Positions 10,227-22,200 of a stretch of DNA of 64,000 nucleotides are shown here, one piece after another. The position numbers and the translations under genes were made by a program. Origin of the DNA: Ostrea edulis (taxonomy: Eukaryota). The notes beneath the pieces are model-generated. The model ran no database searches and had not been told where the DNA came from. It was given only the letters and a program-made list of their open reading frames with translations. The DNA is taken from NCBI RefSeq assembly GCF_947568905.1, contig NC_079172.1, forward strand, positions 25,048,001 to 25,112,000, given 5' to 3'. How positions within the stretch are numbered: position 1 is the stretch's first letter; each line of letters begins with the position of its first letter.

Positions 10227-13200
10227 GTAAGTTATCAAATCATTGTACACTGGCTATTTTCTTTTAATCAGGTAAACAGCCTAAATACCATGGTTTCATC
10301 ATTTTTCCTTGGTACTTCAATATTTATTAGGTCACCTGAGTAAACTTTTAGCTTCTTCTTGATAACTACTATTCCAGTTGTTTTCAAATTTGGCATGAAG
10401 CATCTTTGGGACAAGGGGGATATAAATGGTAAATTTCAGGACTCCTGCACCCCTGGGACCCTCGGGGCATGGCAAAAACTGCTCAAAATTTACCAATTTA
10501 AAAAAATCTTCTCTAGAACCACAAATGTGTAAGAAAAACTAAATGCATAGTGATGTAGAGCAGGAAGGCTTCTCTGAAATTTGTAAATTTCATGATCCCC
10601 GGGGTAGGGGTTCTGACCCCAGGGCGGGGCGGCCAAACTTACTAAATAATGTTTCTGTAAAACACTTAAATATTATATTCTTTAGTGCTATTGATACTAA
10701 ATTGAAACTAAATGGATATTAGAAAGAGCTGGTAGTCCTTTACCAAAATTGTAAACTTGATGATCCCAGGGGTAGGGGTTTTGATATTAGGGTGTGGCCA
10801 AAAAGGTCAGTTATTAAATGTGTGAACCACTGGGCCAGGAAAGTACAAATATACATGAAAGCTTTCTGACATACATGTAGTGCAGATTCAAGTTTGTTAA
10901 AAGCATGGTCCCTGTGGGTAGGATAGGGCCACTATACAGTATAAGGGATCTAAGTTTTACATACAAATATATAGCAAAAATCTTTAAATATGGGCTAAGG
11001 TGACTGAGGTGAGCGATGTGGCACATGAGCCTCTTGTTGAGAAAATTACAGGTTTTTGAACTTTATTAGTTTTTAGGAAATATTGCATAGAGGGTACATG
11101 ATTTGTCTTTTATTTCTCCCTCCACAGTTTTCAAGTTTGAAATGTGTCCCATTGGGGATATGGTATCTATCATGAGTCAGATTTTAATACATTGTTTGAA
11201 CACATGATCTATATACATGTTTATTTTCTATTCTAATAGCTAGTATTTGTGACTTGAGAATTTAATTTATCAGTATGTAATTATGGCTTTTCCACCTCAC
11301 AGGTGATGTGAAACAGTCACTTTCCAGTTCAAAACTAGTGGAAAGGATTGATGATTTGGTTGTGAGAGAAACGTATAATGATCAATGTATATCAGTGTCC
11401 CAAGCCGTTCCTAAGGTAAGTGTGATTGTTATTTTCCTAAGGTAAGTGTGATTGTTATTTTCCTAAGGTAAGTGTGATTGTTATTAGCTCTTCTGAGCCG
11501 AAGGCTCAAGAGCTAATCATATGGCCATATGTCTGGCGTGCGGTGTGCGTCAACTTTTTGGAAAAAGGGCTATATCTCAAGAACCCCTTGGCCAATTTTT
11601 GTCATATTTGTCACAGGGTATCCTTGGCCCAAGGGCTTTCATTTTTACTAAAACTAGGGTTGTGACCCTGTAACAAGGGGAGATAATTAGGAAAATGCAA
11701 ACAAAAGTAGTGGTTGCTAAAAAATCTTCTTCCCAAGAACCACTGGGCAAATTATCACCAAACTTATGCATAAGGATGAGGATAGGTTGTAGATAATAAA
11801 AAAAAATTGTTCAAGGCATCATCCTGGGGCAAAGGGTGTGGTCTCAAGGTCACTTCAAAGTTGACCTTAAATTTTGTTTTGTTAAAACTTTGATATTTTG
11901 CTTAGTATAAGGACTAGGATCATCAAATTTTGTCAGTTGATGCATCTTAGGACCTAATATCATGTTGTCTCAAAAGTAGGTCATGTTGACCTACTTTTTG
12001 AATTTCACAGGTAATTATTATTAAATGGATTTTGATGCCTATCTAGGACACTTTTGAGCCTTTGATCATCAAAAGTTGTCAGTTGATGGATCATGGGACC
12101 TTGAACTGCGTCATGTGAACAAGTTATATATAGATGAATTTCAGGATTTAGAAAATTTGTTTATTTGACTGAAATCAAAAATTTTATTGAACCAATGCTA
12201 GTGGGCGTAAAGTGCATGTATAACAATTAAAGTTTAAAAATTTAATCTATGAATGCAAATTAGATCTTTTTATCTGCTTATGCAATTGCTGCAGTAGAAA
12301 ATGCATGAGTGCGTCAAAGGCTACCATTATTTTTTAAGCGAATGCACAAGCAGATCAGAGGATGATTACTGTAAAAGGAGAAAATATGGCGAATATGTAC
12401 CGGGGGTATTAAGCGAAAATACAAGTGCCAAGACAATGGTGCAAATTAATTTTATCGCACTGGCAATTTGTTGCAAAATATATTTAGCACAGGGTATGTA
12501 ATTCAATCCACACCACTTTTTTCTCCCTGGACAATCAAGCAAACGCTCAATAGCTTCCAACTGATTTCTAACTCGGGTACTAGTATTCAGATAAACTTGT
12601 GAATAAAGAATGCTAGAGTGCATTGAAAAAGGAATTCCAAGTTTGGCACACTTATTTCATTCTCGGAAAGCGGACAACAGTGCGTCTTCTGTATCTCTCA
12701 TATTCTCCGTTCTGAAGCCAGTTCACGTCATGTGGCTTGTCCAAACAAAATCACAGGCAGAATGGACTCATCATAACGGTCAAGACCATTTGAAGACACT
12801 AGAATTCTAAATGCATTGATGTAGGTTTTGTGTAGTTTTTACTTGGGTATACCAGTACATGTAGTTTTGACTGTATGTAACTTTATGATTTATTGTAGGC
12901 TTTTAGTAAATGACAATATTTTTTTTATCTCTCTGTACAATATGGTGACATGTAAATATGGTCAAATAAGTCATTGTGCACTCATAATTTTTTAAGCAAT
13001 ATTGTTTTGTTTTGAGTAAATAGAAAATTGTAGAGTTAATACGGGCACATATACACATATTGCCAGCATGGACAATCAATATTTCTTTATTTTATAAAAC
13101 AGCAAACAAACAAAGGAGCAGGAGTGTAATGGGTTGAAGTTATTTAGACTGTAATAAGATAAGGTTAATTATTTCATTTAGAACAAGAGGAACTGTGAGC

Positions 13201-16200
13201 TATACTCACAAAGAATACCCCCTACTTACCCCAATCACCCAAAGAGTGATGTTAATAGGTATAAATCACCTCTTTCCTGGGTGTAAAAAAGAAAGGGCAT
13301 GACAAAACCTTGGGTAGTCTCTTTTCTAGGAGTGCACTTGACCTTTTGACTCCGAAATTGATAGGGAACATCTTAATCCCATGGGTAGTCCATATGTATG
13401 ATATGGTGACTGTAGGTGGAAAGGATAATGCTTTAGAGCCTGGAAACCATTGCATCTACAGACGAACGGACGGACAACCCAATTCCAGTATACCCCCCAC
13501 AACTACCATAGTGATCCCCCTGCCATATATCTGTATTAAATGACTGTCTGTCTGATGCAAACAATGACCGGAATTTTCACAACCATTTTATGCAATTTGA
13601 CCTCTATTTAATGATTGTATGATTTCCTATTCCTACTTGTGATTTCGGTTGAGCATGATGATCGTTAATGTATGCTTTCTCTGTGGAAAATAAATGACCT
13701 GTACCCGTATTAATATTAACCTGTAGAGACCACTTGTCATTTTACCTATTTTTCTTCCTTTATTGTCTCAGGTTTAACTGTATTTGAAAAAAAAAATTAT
13801 TCTCCATTAATTGAGCTTTAGCACAATGATTGCACACATGTTGAAGATATACAGCTCCTATTTTATGTATATTACAGTCAAACATGCTTATAGTCAAGTG
13901 CGGGGAACAGACAACTTGATTCATTATCTAGAAACATTAATTCGTTGTATCCAATAAGTTCATATTACATGTATGTTTTAAAATTACAGGAAATGAATAT
14001 CACTTTGCTGTAAGCATGTTTGTTTTAACCATGTTGACTGTATTTGAGTGATGAATAGATTTTTAACATGTGCACATTTGTGAAATAATAGATGGTGATG
14101 GAATTTAACTGAGACTTGACTCCATGACCTTAATCTGAAAATAAACTGAAGTCAAATGTTAAATCAGATCTAATCCAGAAAATTTGATATTTGTAAGACA
14201 TTAAATTTCAGATTAAAGTGAACCTAGAGAAATGGACAGCGTACTATCACGATATCAGTGACACACAGCTCACGGCAGATGATCAGGAAGTGACGGTTCT
14301 CTTGGAGTCTATCCGACCAACAGATATAGAGTCTTTTGCAGAGGAGCAGGTGCATGTTTCTCAGGCCAAGTCATTCCATGTAGGTTGATGGGTATACCAT
14401 TTTAATTTGAATCTCTATGAGCTTAGTGAAGATATAATGTCATTACATGTAAACCAGCTGAAAAATTCATACTTTTTAGCGAGTCATGCCCCATGTAACT
14501 CTGGTTTTGCCCAAGCCCCAGTGTGCTTTATGAATTATACCAGCGTGAATCATCGCAGTTCACACCCTCATGTATTTTCAATAATTTATTTCTTAAACAT
14601 TTCTGTTGGACTTCCCAGCTGTTGGAATAAACATACTATATTTATTAAGTGTGGTTCTGTATACAACTGCAGAACGATATTGAGAAAATGCCTATCATTA
14701 AAATTTTGCAAAGATCACTGGAAATGTAGATATAATACATGTATTCATGTATGAAAATTTGAAAAACAACAATGAATATTTGCAAATAAAATGCAAACCA
14801 AGATTTTAGGATTACTTTAAACTTCCCAATATATAACATGATATAAATTGAAAAGTTCATATTTTAGAATTTAATTTAACAGATTTTTTTTCACTGTATA
14901 TTAGGTACACTCTTTATTTTTCATAAACTAGTAGCAAATTTCTGCAGCACAAAAACTCGTAGGTGTTCCAAGTGGGGGGGATACAAAATCTTTATCTGTC
15001 TATACCGTATATACTCAGAATTAAGTCGGATTTTTGGGATTTAAAATTTGGTACAAAACTCTATGTCCGACTTTAAGGCGTGTCCTAAGAAAATTTATAT
15101 TTTTATGGATGGCGTAATGTATAGTATTTTTTAAAATAACTCTGTACTCGTACGATTTTTATGATTAATATTGACTTGATATATTATATTATTTATGTAT
15201 TCTAATATCTGCTTGCATAAAGTAGAAGCATTTACATATCTTAATGATTTTATTTATTTTAAGTGTATATTACTGAAATTGATTTGCTGAGAAAATGAAT
15301 AAATAGTGGCGCATTTCTCAAAATATTATTTTAAACAGAGGTGAAAACATTAGAGCATTGATTAGAAATTGTCAACCGATTCTCGCAAAAAGTTATACCA
15401 ATTTACAAGTGGGTCAATGTCAAATCCCTCCAAAGTAACCTAAAAAATATACAACCGCCTTATAGGCGAACTGACTTGCATGTATAGGCAAGTATCTACG
15501 GTAATATGTATTTACATTCATGCAGTATCAGTCTCAGGCCTGATGTGACTAATGTTATGTGTCTCTCATATCACACATGCATACTATTACCGTTATCAAA
15601 ACAAATACTGGGAGCATTGCTACATCATCACATGTACTATCTTCTGAATCACTGAAAACAAATTTTACAGAGAGTGGGTCAATGATATTGAAAATTAGAC
15701 TTGGTCTATAGTTGTTCACTTGAGAGCTACACAGTGAATTGCATATCAATACAGGCTATAGCTATATGAAGGCTAGATATGAACGGTGAAGAATTCATAT
15801 TTTGTGCAAAGTGCCATAACTCTTGTAAGGCTTGTGACAAAAGTCGTGATGGGTCTGCAGTGGTTATTGAAGAAGCCACACTGGTGTCATGTCAGTTCTT
15901 CCAAACATATACTGTAAAATTAAAAAAAAAAGGTAAACAAATTTTATGCAAAGGGGGATAACTCCTCAAAAACTAGGTCAACCATGATGAAAATTGCAAT
16001 TAATCAGTAGTTGTTCACTTGGAAACTAAACAGCAAGTTTCCTATCAATTCTTTAAACTGTAATACTGGGTAAACTTCAAGGAAAGTCAAATTCAATCTG
16101 CAGTTGTCCTTTGATTTCAAAAATCTTATTGCAAAAAGAGCAGGAAACAAAGTCATGCAAAAGGCCACGACTTTTGTAAAAGTCTGTCAACCAGGACATA

Positions 16201-19200
16201 AGTCAAACATGAACTGTTATTGTTCATTAGCAAAGTATGCAGCAAAGTTCATATCAATACCTTTCTCTAAAGCAAAATACTTTTGAAAAACCAAGTTGGA
16301 CAGCCTGACTAACAGACTAGTGGAGATCGGGGATACATAGGTACTTTCCTCTGGTTTCATGTACTGCTAAAACACTGATACCGAAAATATTTATTTATTT
16401 ACTACAAATTATGTAATATAATCTAATATATCCATTGGACGTTGAATTGTTTGAAAGTAATGCATCGTCGCACGCCACCATTGAAATGTACGCTCCTCTT
16501 CCCTTTCACCCGTGGCTCTCTGCGTGACAATTCCTTCGTTTCTCATAAATATGCATGACGTGAATCGGCCAATCGCTGAGTTTCTGAACAAGACTTAATC
16601 AGAGATTTAAACTGTTAATAGAATGCGGCTACTGACCAATCAGAACGCTTGTTCTTCCACTAACAAATGCAAAATCATTGTGTACACATGTGTTTAACAA
16701 TGGCAGTTATGAAGGTGCATTTAGGAGGATCATAATGATGTTTTTCTGTCACTAAGAACAGACGATGAGAAGTCTTAATAATACTACCGGGGTTTAATGA
16801 AGTATTCGGAGAGACTAATGACGATAGATGTTGTGTATTGGTAATCCCCCCCCCCCCCCCTCCTTTGAAACAAGTGGACATATATAAGATATAAACCGCG
16901 AAACTGTTCAGATGTCATCGATTTGTAGGACATTTGTTTACTATAATTTCGGGGCAAAAAGAACACATTTTCATTGCCACATCCATATAGCTGTTTTACT
17001 TCTATTGATAACGGATTACATCATTCACGTCGTGCATATTTATGAGAAACGAAGAAATTGTCACGCAGAGAGCCACGGGTGAAGGGGAAGAGCAGCGTAC
17101 GTTTCAGCCGTGGCTTGCGACGATGGACAGTTATGCAGAGTATGGTTTTTAGGGCAATGTTTCTCTACTGTTGTTTTTATATATAGATTCTAGATCATGG
17201 TCATCCATTGGCTTGGAACACTGGTCCACCTTTTGGAATTGTAATGCAGTGCTCAGGACCAGACTTCCTGGCTCTCTGCCTGTCATTTATGGATAATAGT
17301 ATCATAATGGAAGAAGACCTACAAGTGAATCGAATTACCAGTAAGTATTCACACTTTGTAATGTATGCGTTTGTGGTGTTCCTTTGTCATGTAAACACAC
17401 CAAAAAGCAAAATCACTTTAATTTCCAATGAAGTTTTTGGGAGGTCAAAAGTCTTAACATGAAATGCCGATTGAAAGCAGGAACATCAATCAGACAAATA
17501 TGTGTGACGGGGGTGTAACTATCAGTAGCTTTTAAAGGAAGGCTAATTCAGTATTCAGTCCACAGCAACACTATTAGCTGTCTGAGTTGTGAAACATGAG
17601 TCTGCGTCCCATTGGAAATTCCTTGATGTTTAAAACTTTGATTGAGGCGCATCTCTCATTTACTTTGTCCCAACCAATCATCTCAAATGTCCCAACAAAT
17701 CATCTCAAATGTCCCAACCAATCATCTCAAATGTCCCAACCAATCATCTCAAATGTCCCAAACAGTCATCTCAAATGTCCCAACCAATCATCTCAAATGT
17801 TCCAAACGGTCATCTCAAATGTCCCAACCAATCATCTCAAATGTTCCAAACGGTCATCTCAAATGTCCCAACCAATCATCTCAAATGTTCCAAACGGTCA
17901 TCTCAAATGTCCCAACCAATCATCTCAAATGTTCCAAACGGTCATCTCAAATGTCCCAAACAATCATCTCAAATGTCCCAAACGGTCATTTCAAATGTCC
18001 CAAACGGTCATTTCAAATGTCCCAAACGGTCATTTCAAATGTCCCAAACAGTCATCTCAAATGTTCCAAACGGTCATCTCAAATGCCCATTTAGATACAA
18101 AGATACTCCTTCAGATGATGACAACAAAAATCCTAAAACTGCATAAGTATAGCATAATGATTGATACACGCTGGATTTCAAAGAACTTTGACTGAGGTCA
18201 CTGACATGTCTTCTTGGTGTATTAATGGACGGTTATATAGTGATTTTTTGATTGATTGATTGTTTGTTTTACGTCCTGTGGAGAATTTTTCAATCACATT
18301 GAGACATCACCAGATGTAGGTGAAGTACCACAAATTTAGACCTATGTTTAGTGCTCAAGGCCGTAGCAGTGAGGGTATTTTATAGTGCCAACATCTGCTA
18401 CGACACGGGACTTCTGTTTTTAAGGTCATATCCAAAAGACCTGTGATTCTCACTTCTAAATGCAGAGCGTTTGGCGAAGGAGCAATCACTACTTATGTTT
18501 ACATCTTAGGTTTGAGTGGCCATGACATGAGCAGAGCTCGAACTATAGCAACTTCCCTGTTATGAAGTATAAGCTCTACCACTGAGTTACCGTGAATGAT
18601 GTGTTATATATTGAAATTGCCTGTTTGTTCCAAATGCATATATAAGTAATATATAACCTTTCGAATATCTTCACTGGGCTATGAAGTTATAAGGCAGGAT
18701 ATAATCAAATCTACTGAGAAGCCCTTTGGGTTTTACTGGATTTGTTCATGCGACCGCCCCACTTTATATCCCATTGAAGTTTTTAAAATGGTTAATTTTT
18801 TCTAGGTGAAAGATGTTAAATTTGATAAATCATATATATAAAATCAAAGAGAATTATTTCTCAATTCTGTTTGATGAGAGAAGGAAATAAATATCAAAAC
18901 TGGGGTTGAAACTATACAGTGAAATACACACATTTACAACATGTAAGTTTAAAATCATGAAATATAGCCCAATTTCTGCTTGATGATTTAGGAGTTACCT
19001 TTCTTTGTATTCTTTATTTTTAGGCATTCAAACAATAGGTAAGGCAGCCAGTTTGGTTAATATTGACATGAAGGAAATTCAGACAATGGAGGATGCCAGT
19101 AGCCAGTGGTCAAATGAGTCCCTAGCCGACACGGCCAGTCTGGCTAATCAGGACGCCCTAGAAACATCCAGTCAAGACTGGGAGGGAGTGGACGCTGAGA

Positions 19201-22200
19201 ATGGGCTAGACATGGACAGCTCGAACAGGGAGGACTTGGATGCTGCCATGGAAGAGAGTGGGTCAGGGGAGACCATGTTTGACCCAAAGGATCTCAATGT
19301 GGTTCCGCTCTCAGCTGACAAGTCTGCCAAACCACCAAATATAGTGGTATATTGTGGGAAAAAGGATGCCAGTAGAAAATTTCAAAATGTGAAGCAGGTC
19401 TTGCAGCAGTGTATCAATAATGACTGTTATGTTATTTACTGCCTGAAGCATGATGAAGTTCACTCCGTGCCTTGGGCTGAAAACACAGCACTGTTGGTTC
19501 TTACGGAAGAAAACTTGTACGATAAATGTGACGACGTAGTTTGTCGCTATTTTGAGAGAGGTGGCGGGTTGATCAGCTTTGGGAGTAATGTAGATGCGAA
19601 TTTTGTACCCAGAAGAGAACTACACAAAGGAACTGGGATACGCAGTGTGAGCTACGGTGTTTATAAGGAAGTGCCTTTGTTGTGTGGGAGGCACTCCTAC
19701 ATGATTGACACCACCAGATCAGACGTAGCCGTGAAAGGATTGGCTACAGATGACAAAGAACAGACGGTGGTGGTAGAAGTCACACAGAATGTGACAGAAC
19801 AAACTCCTGGCAGGGCGATACTGTCTCAGGTAATACAAACTCCTGGCAGGGCGATACTGTCTCAGGTAATACAAACTCCTGGCAGCTAGGGTGATACTGT
19901 CTCAGGTAATACAATATCAGAACGATTAGGAAAGTGTGAACACCACATTATTGAAAATTGACACAAGCAGCTTAAGTGTGGAAATTGTTATCAATTTGAG
20001 TTAAAAAGTATTTTATTCAAAACAGTATGGGAGTGGGCAACAGACAATGCCTATATACCTTATAAATAGAATTTTTAGCAAGGATCCAATTTTGGCATTA
20101 TTATGGACATTGTTGAGATCATGAAAATTGTGTAATGTTATCAATTCATATCATTAATTACCTTTCTTGGTTGTCAAAGATTATATAATTAGCTCGGAGG
20201 GGCTGATGTTTTACATACTGGTATTGTTAAGAAATAAAGTTCACTGCGAATATGAACTGGAATGGTCACATGATCAAATCCTGTTCTCAGAAGATTTGAT
20301 CTCCTATCAAACCAAATTTAATTCACACCCAAGTGGACTTTTTAATGGTGTTCTTTACTTCTTATATATACATGTACAAAAAAAGAGGGAGAGATAATCG
20401 TTCAAAAATAACGATCCTAACTGTGATTGGGTTATGAATGACATGTTGCTGCTATCAATTTTGACTCTCTTCTTATGCATGTTAATTACTTGTATACCCT
20501 CAAGGGACCCAAATATTGGTTTCAATAAATCTATTCTATTCTAAAATAAGGGGTATAGGGTTGACTTACAATTTCATTTTTTTTCTTCAAAGGCCTGAAC
20601 AAAGTTTATTTAGGATCTACATCTCTCAACAAGCATGGCAGATTTTTCAATGTTCATGTGTTTGCTCTATCTTTCTCATAGAAGTTTTTAATCAATAGGC
20701 CACCTTACCATGATGAGAAGATTGAAAATCACACAAGGAGAGTTTTATCTTCTGCTGGAACACCATTTTATTCTGAATTAAACATACTGCAGTCACATGA
20801 TTTTGAAATTTGATAGTCCTTGATACTTCTGGTGCAGACGATACAAGTATTTATGTTACGTACGCGTTATCAAACGCAATATAATGGGCTGCCGAGGGCT
20901 GTCGTGCTGATACAAGAAATAAGTGGGGAGAGGGGCATTGGAGCAGGTGCAAAAGGGCAACGACCATGCATGGCCCCAATAATTTTGCAGATAGGGGGAG
21001 GGGGATGATTTTATGACAGTGCTCTATGTTCATTGAAGCAGCAAATACAATGGCGTTCTGTGGTAGTGGAATGGCAAAGTTTAGTCTCTATAGTTCATGT
21101 TTGAATGCTTTTGAAGGACTACGAAACTACCAAGACATGAACAGTTAAGTGTTTAAAACTGAGGATGTACCACCAAATCCAAATGTACAGCATCAATGCG
21201 ATCTGTGGTACTTTGTTTACAATTACATGACATGTACATTAAAACACAGAGTTAAAATTTGTTTTATATCATTGTATTGTGTTATCACGTTAATGAGAAA
21301 AAGAAATAGTATTATCAATTCAAGATGGAAATTTAAATTGGCCAGCCCCCCCCCCCCCCCCCCCCCCCCCCCACCCCTACATCCTGATCCCCCCTAATGT
21401 TAATTTTAGGAGGTATTCTACATGTCATGATGGCTGACTTCCTTTTAAAACATGAATGAAATATGAATATCTGCAATATTTGTATATTCCCTTTTTAAAA
21501 TTTTGATTGCCAAGTTGAATAGCTGAGTCGGTTAAGAAGTTGACTGCTGATCTGTAGATCACAGGTTCAAGTCCAGCAGAGGTTTTAAATTTTTTTCAGA
21601 TCACTTTGTACAAAAAACTGCATTTTTTGACTAAATAAAGTAAATTTGAAAGTTTTAAATTTCAAATATTCAAAATATTATTATACATATCCTCCACATT
21701 TAATCTAGCTATTATAATATCAAATTTCTCTGGCATATAGTAGTCCTCCTAAAGTTGATTTATACAATAGGGCTGTATAGTTTCTCTGACTTTGTTTTGA
21801 AATATGTGTTTCAATATTGAGAATAATTTCTGCAATGTGTAAGTGTAGACTAGGTGTGTTTACGACAGCCCCCCCCCCCCCCCCCCCCCCAAGCAGGTAT
21901 CAAGAAACAGTTCCATTGTAAGTTCCATAAATTCTACTTTGCAAACTGAGGAAAATTCTGGTACATGTCATGTCTTTCCATGTAGAACAACATTGAAAGA
22001 AACCTCAAATTCATAGCACTATGAAATTGTAAATTTGTAGAAAAACAGAGTTCTGGCAGTAACTTGAAACTCTCCTTTTAAGAAATTCTGTTCAAATATT
22101 TTATACTGATTCAATATTCATGGTTTGAAAAATTCTTTGGGAACCATGATATCAGAAACCAATATTTCATAAGAAGAATGCTAATTAATGATATCATAAA

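Noticed and set aside
12300-12810. Possible nested gene or transposase fragment (ORFs 12366-12623 and 12610-12810)
   Set aside because: No recognisable motif or coherent splice pattern; at most an unclassifiable degraded repeat.
17191-17193. TAG at 17193 as the exon-4 acceptor
   Set aside because: In phase 0 it reads into a TAA within 17 codons. The AG at 17186 gives the homologous open frame.
17596-18195. Repetitive ORFs of 145-199 aa (also 43315-44002, 52298-52708, 56656-56960, 58273-59141)
   Set aside because: They are by-products of stop-free minisatellites, with no splice or homology support. Only the RTE tail within 43315-43553 is a real coding remnant.
19830-19889. HLCS ending at the TAG of ORF 19005..19889
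   Set aside because: That stop lies in the third donor repeat. The catalytic domain is encoded by seven downstream exons joined in phase from 19829.
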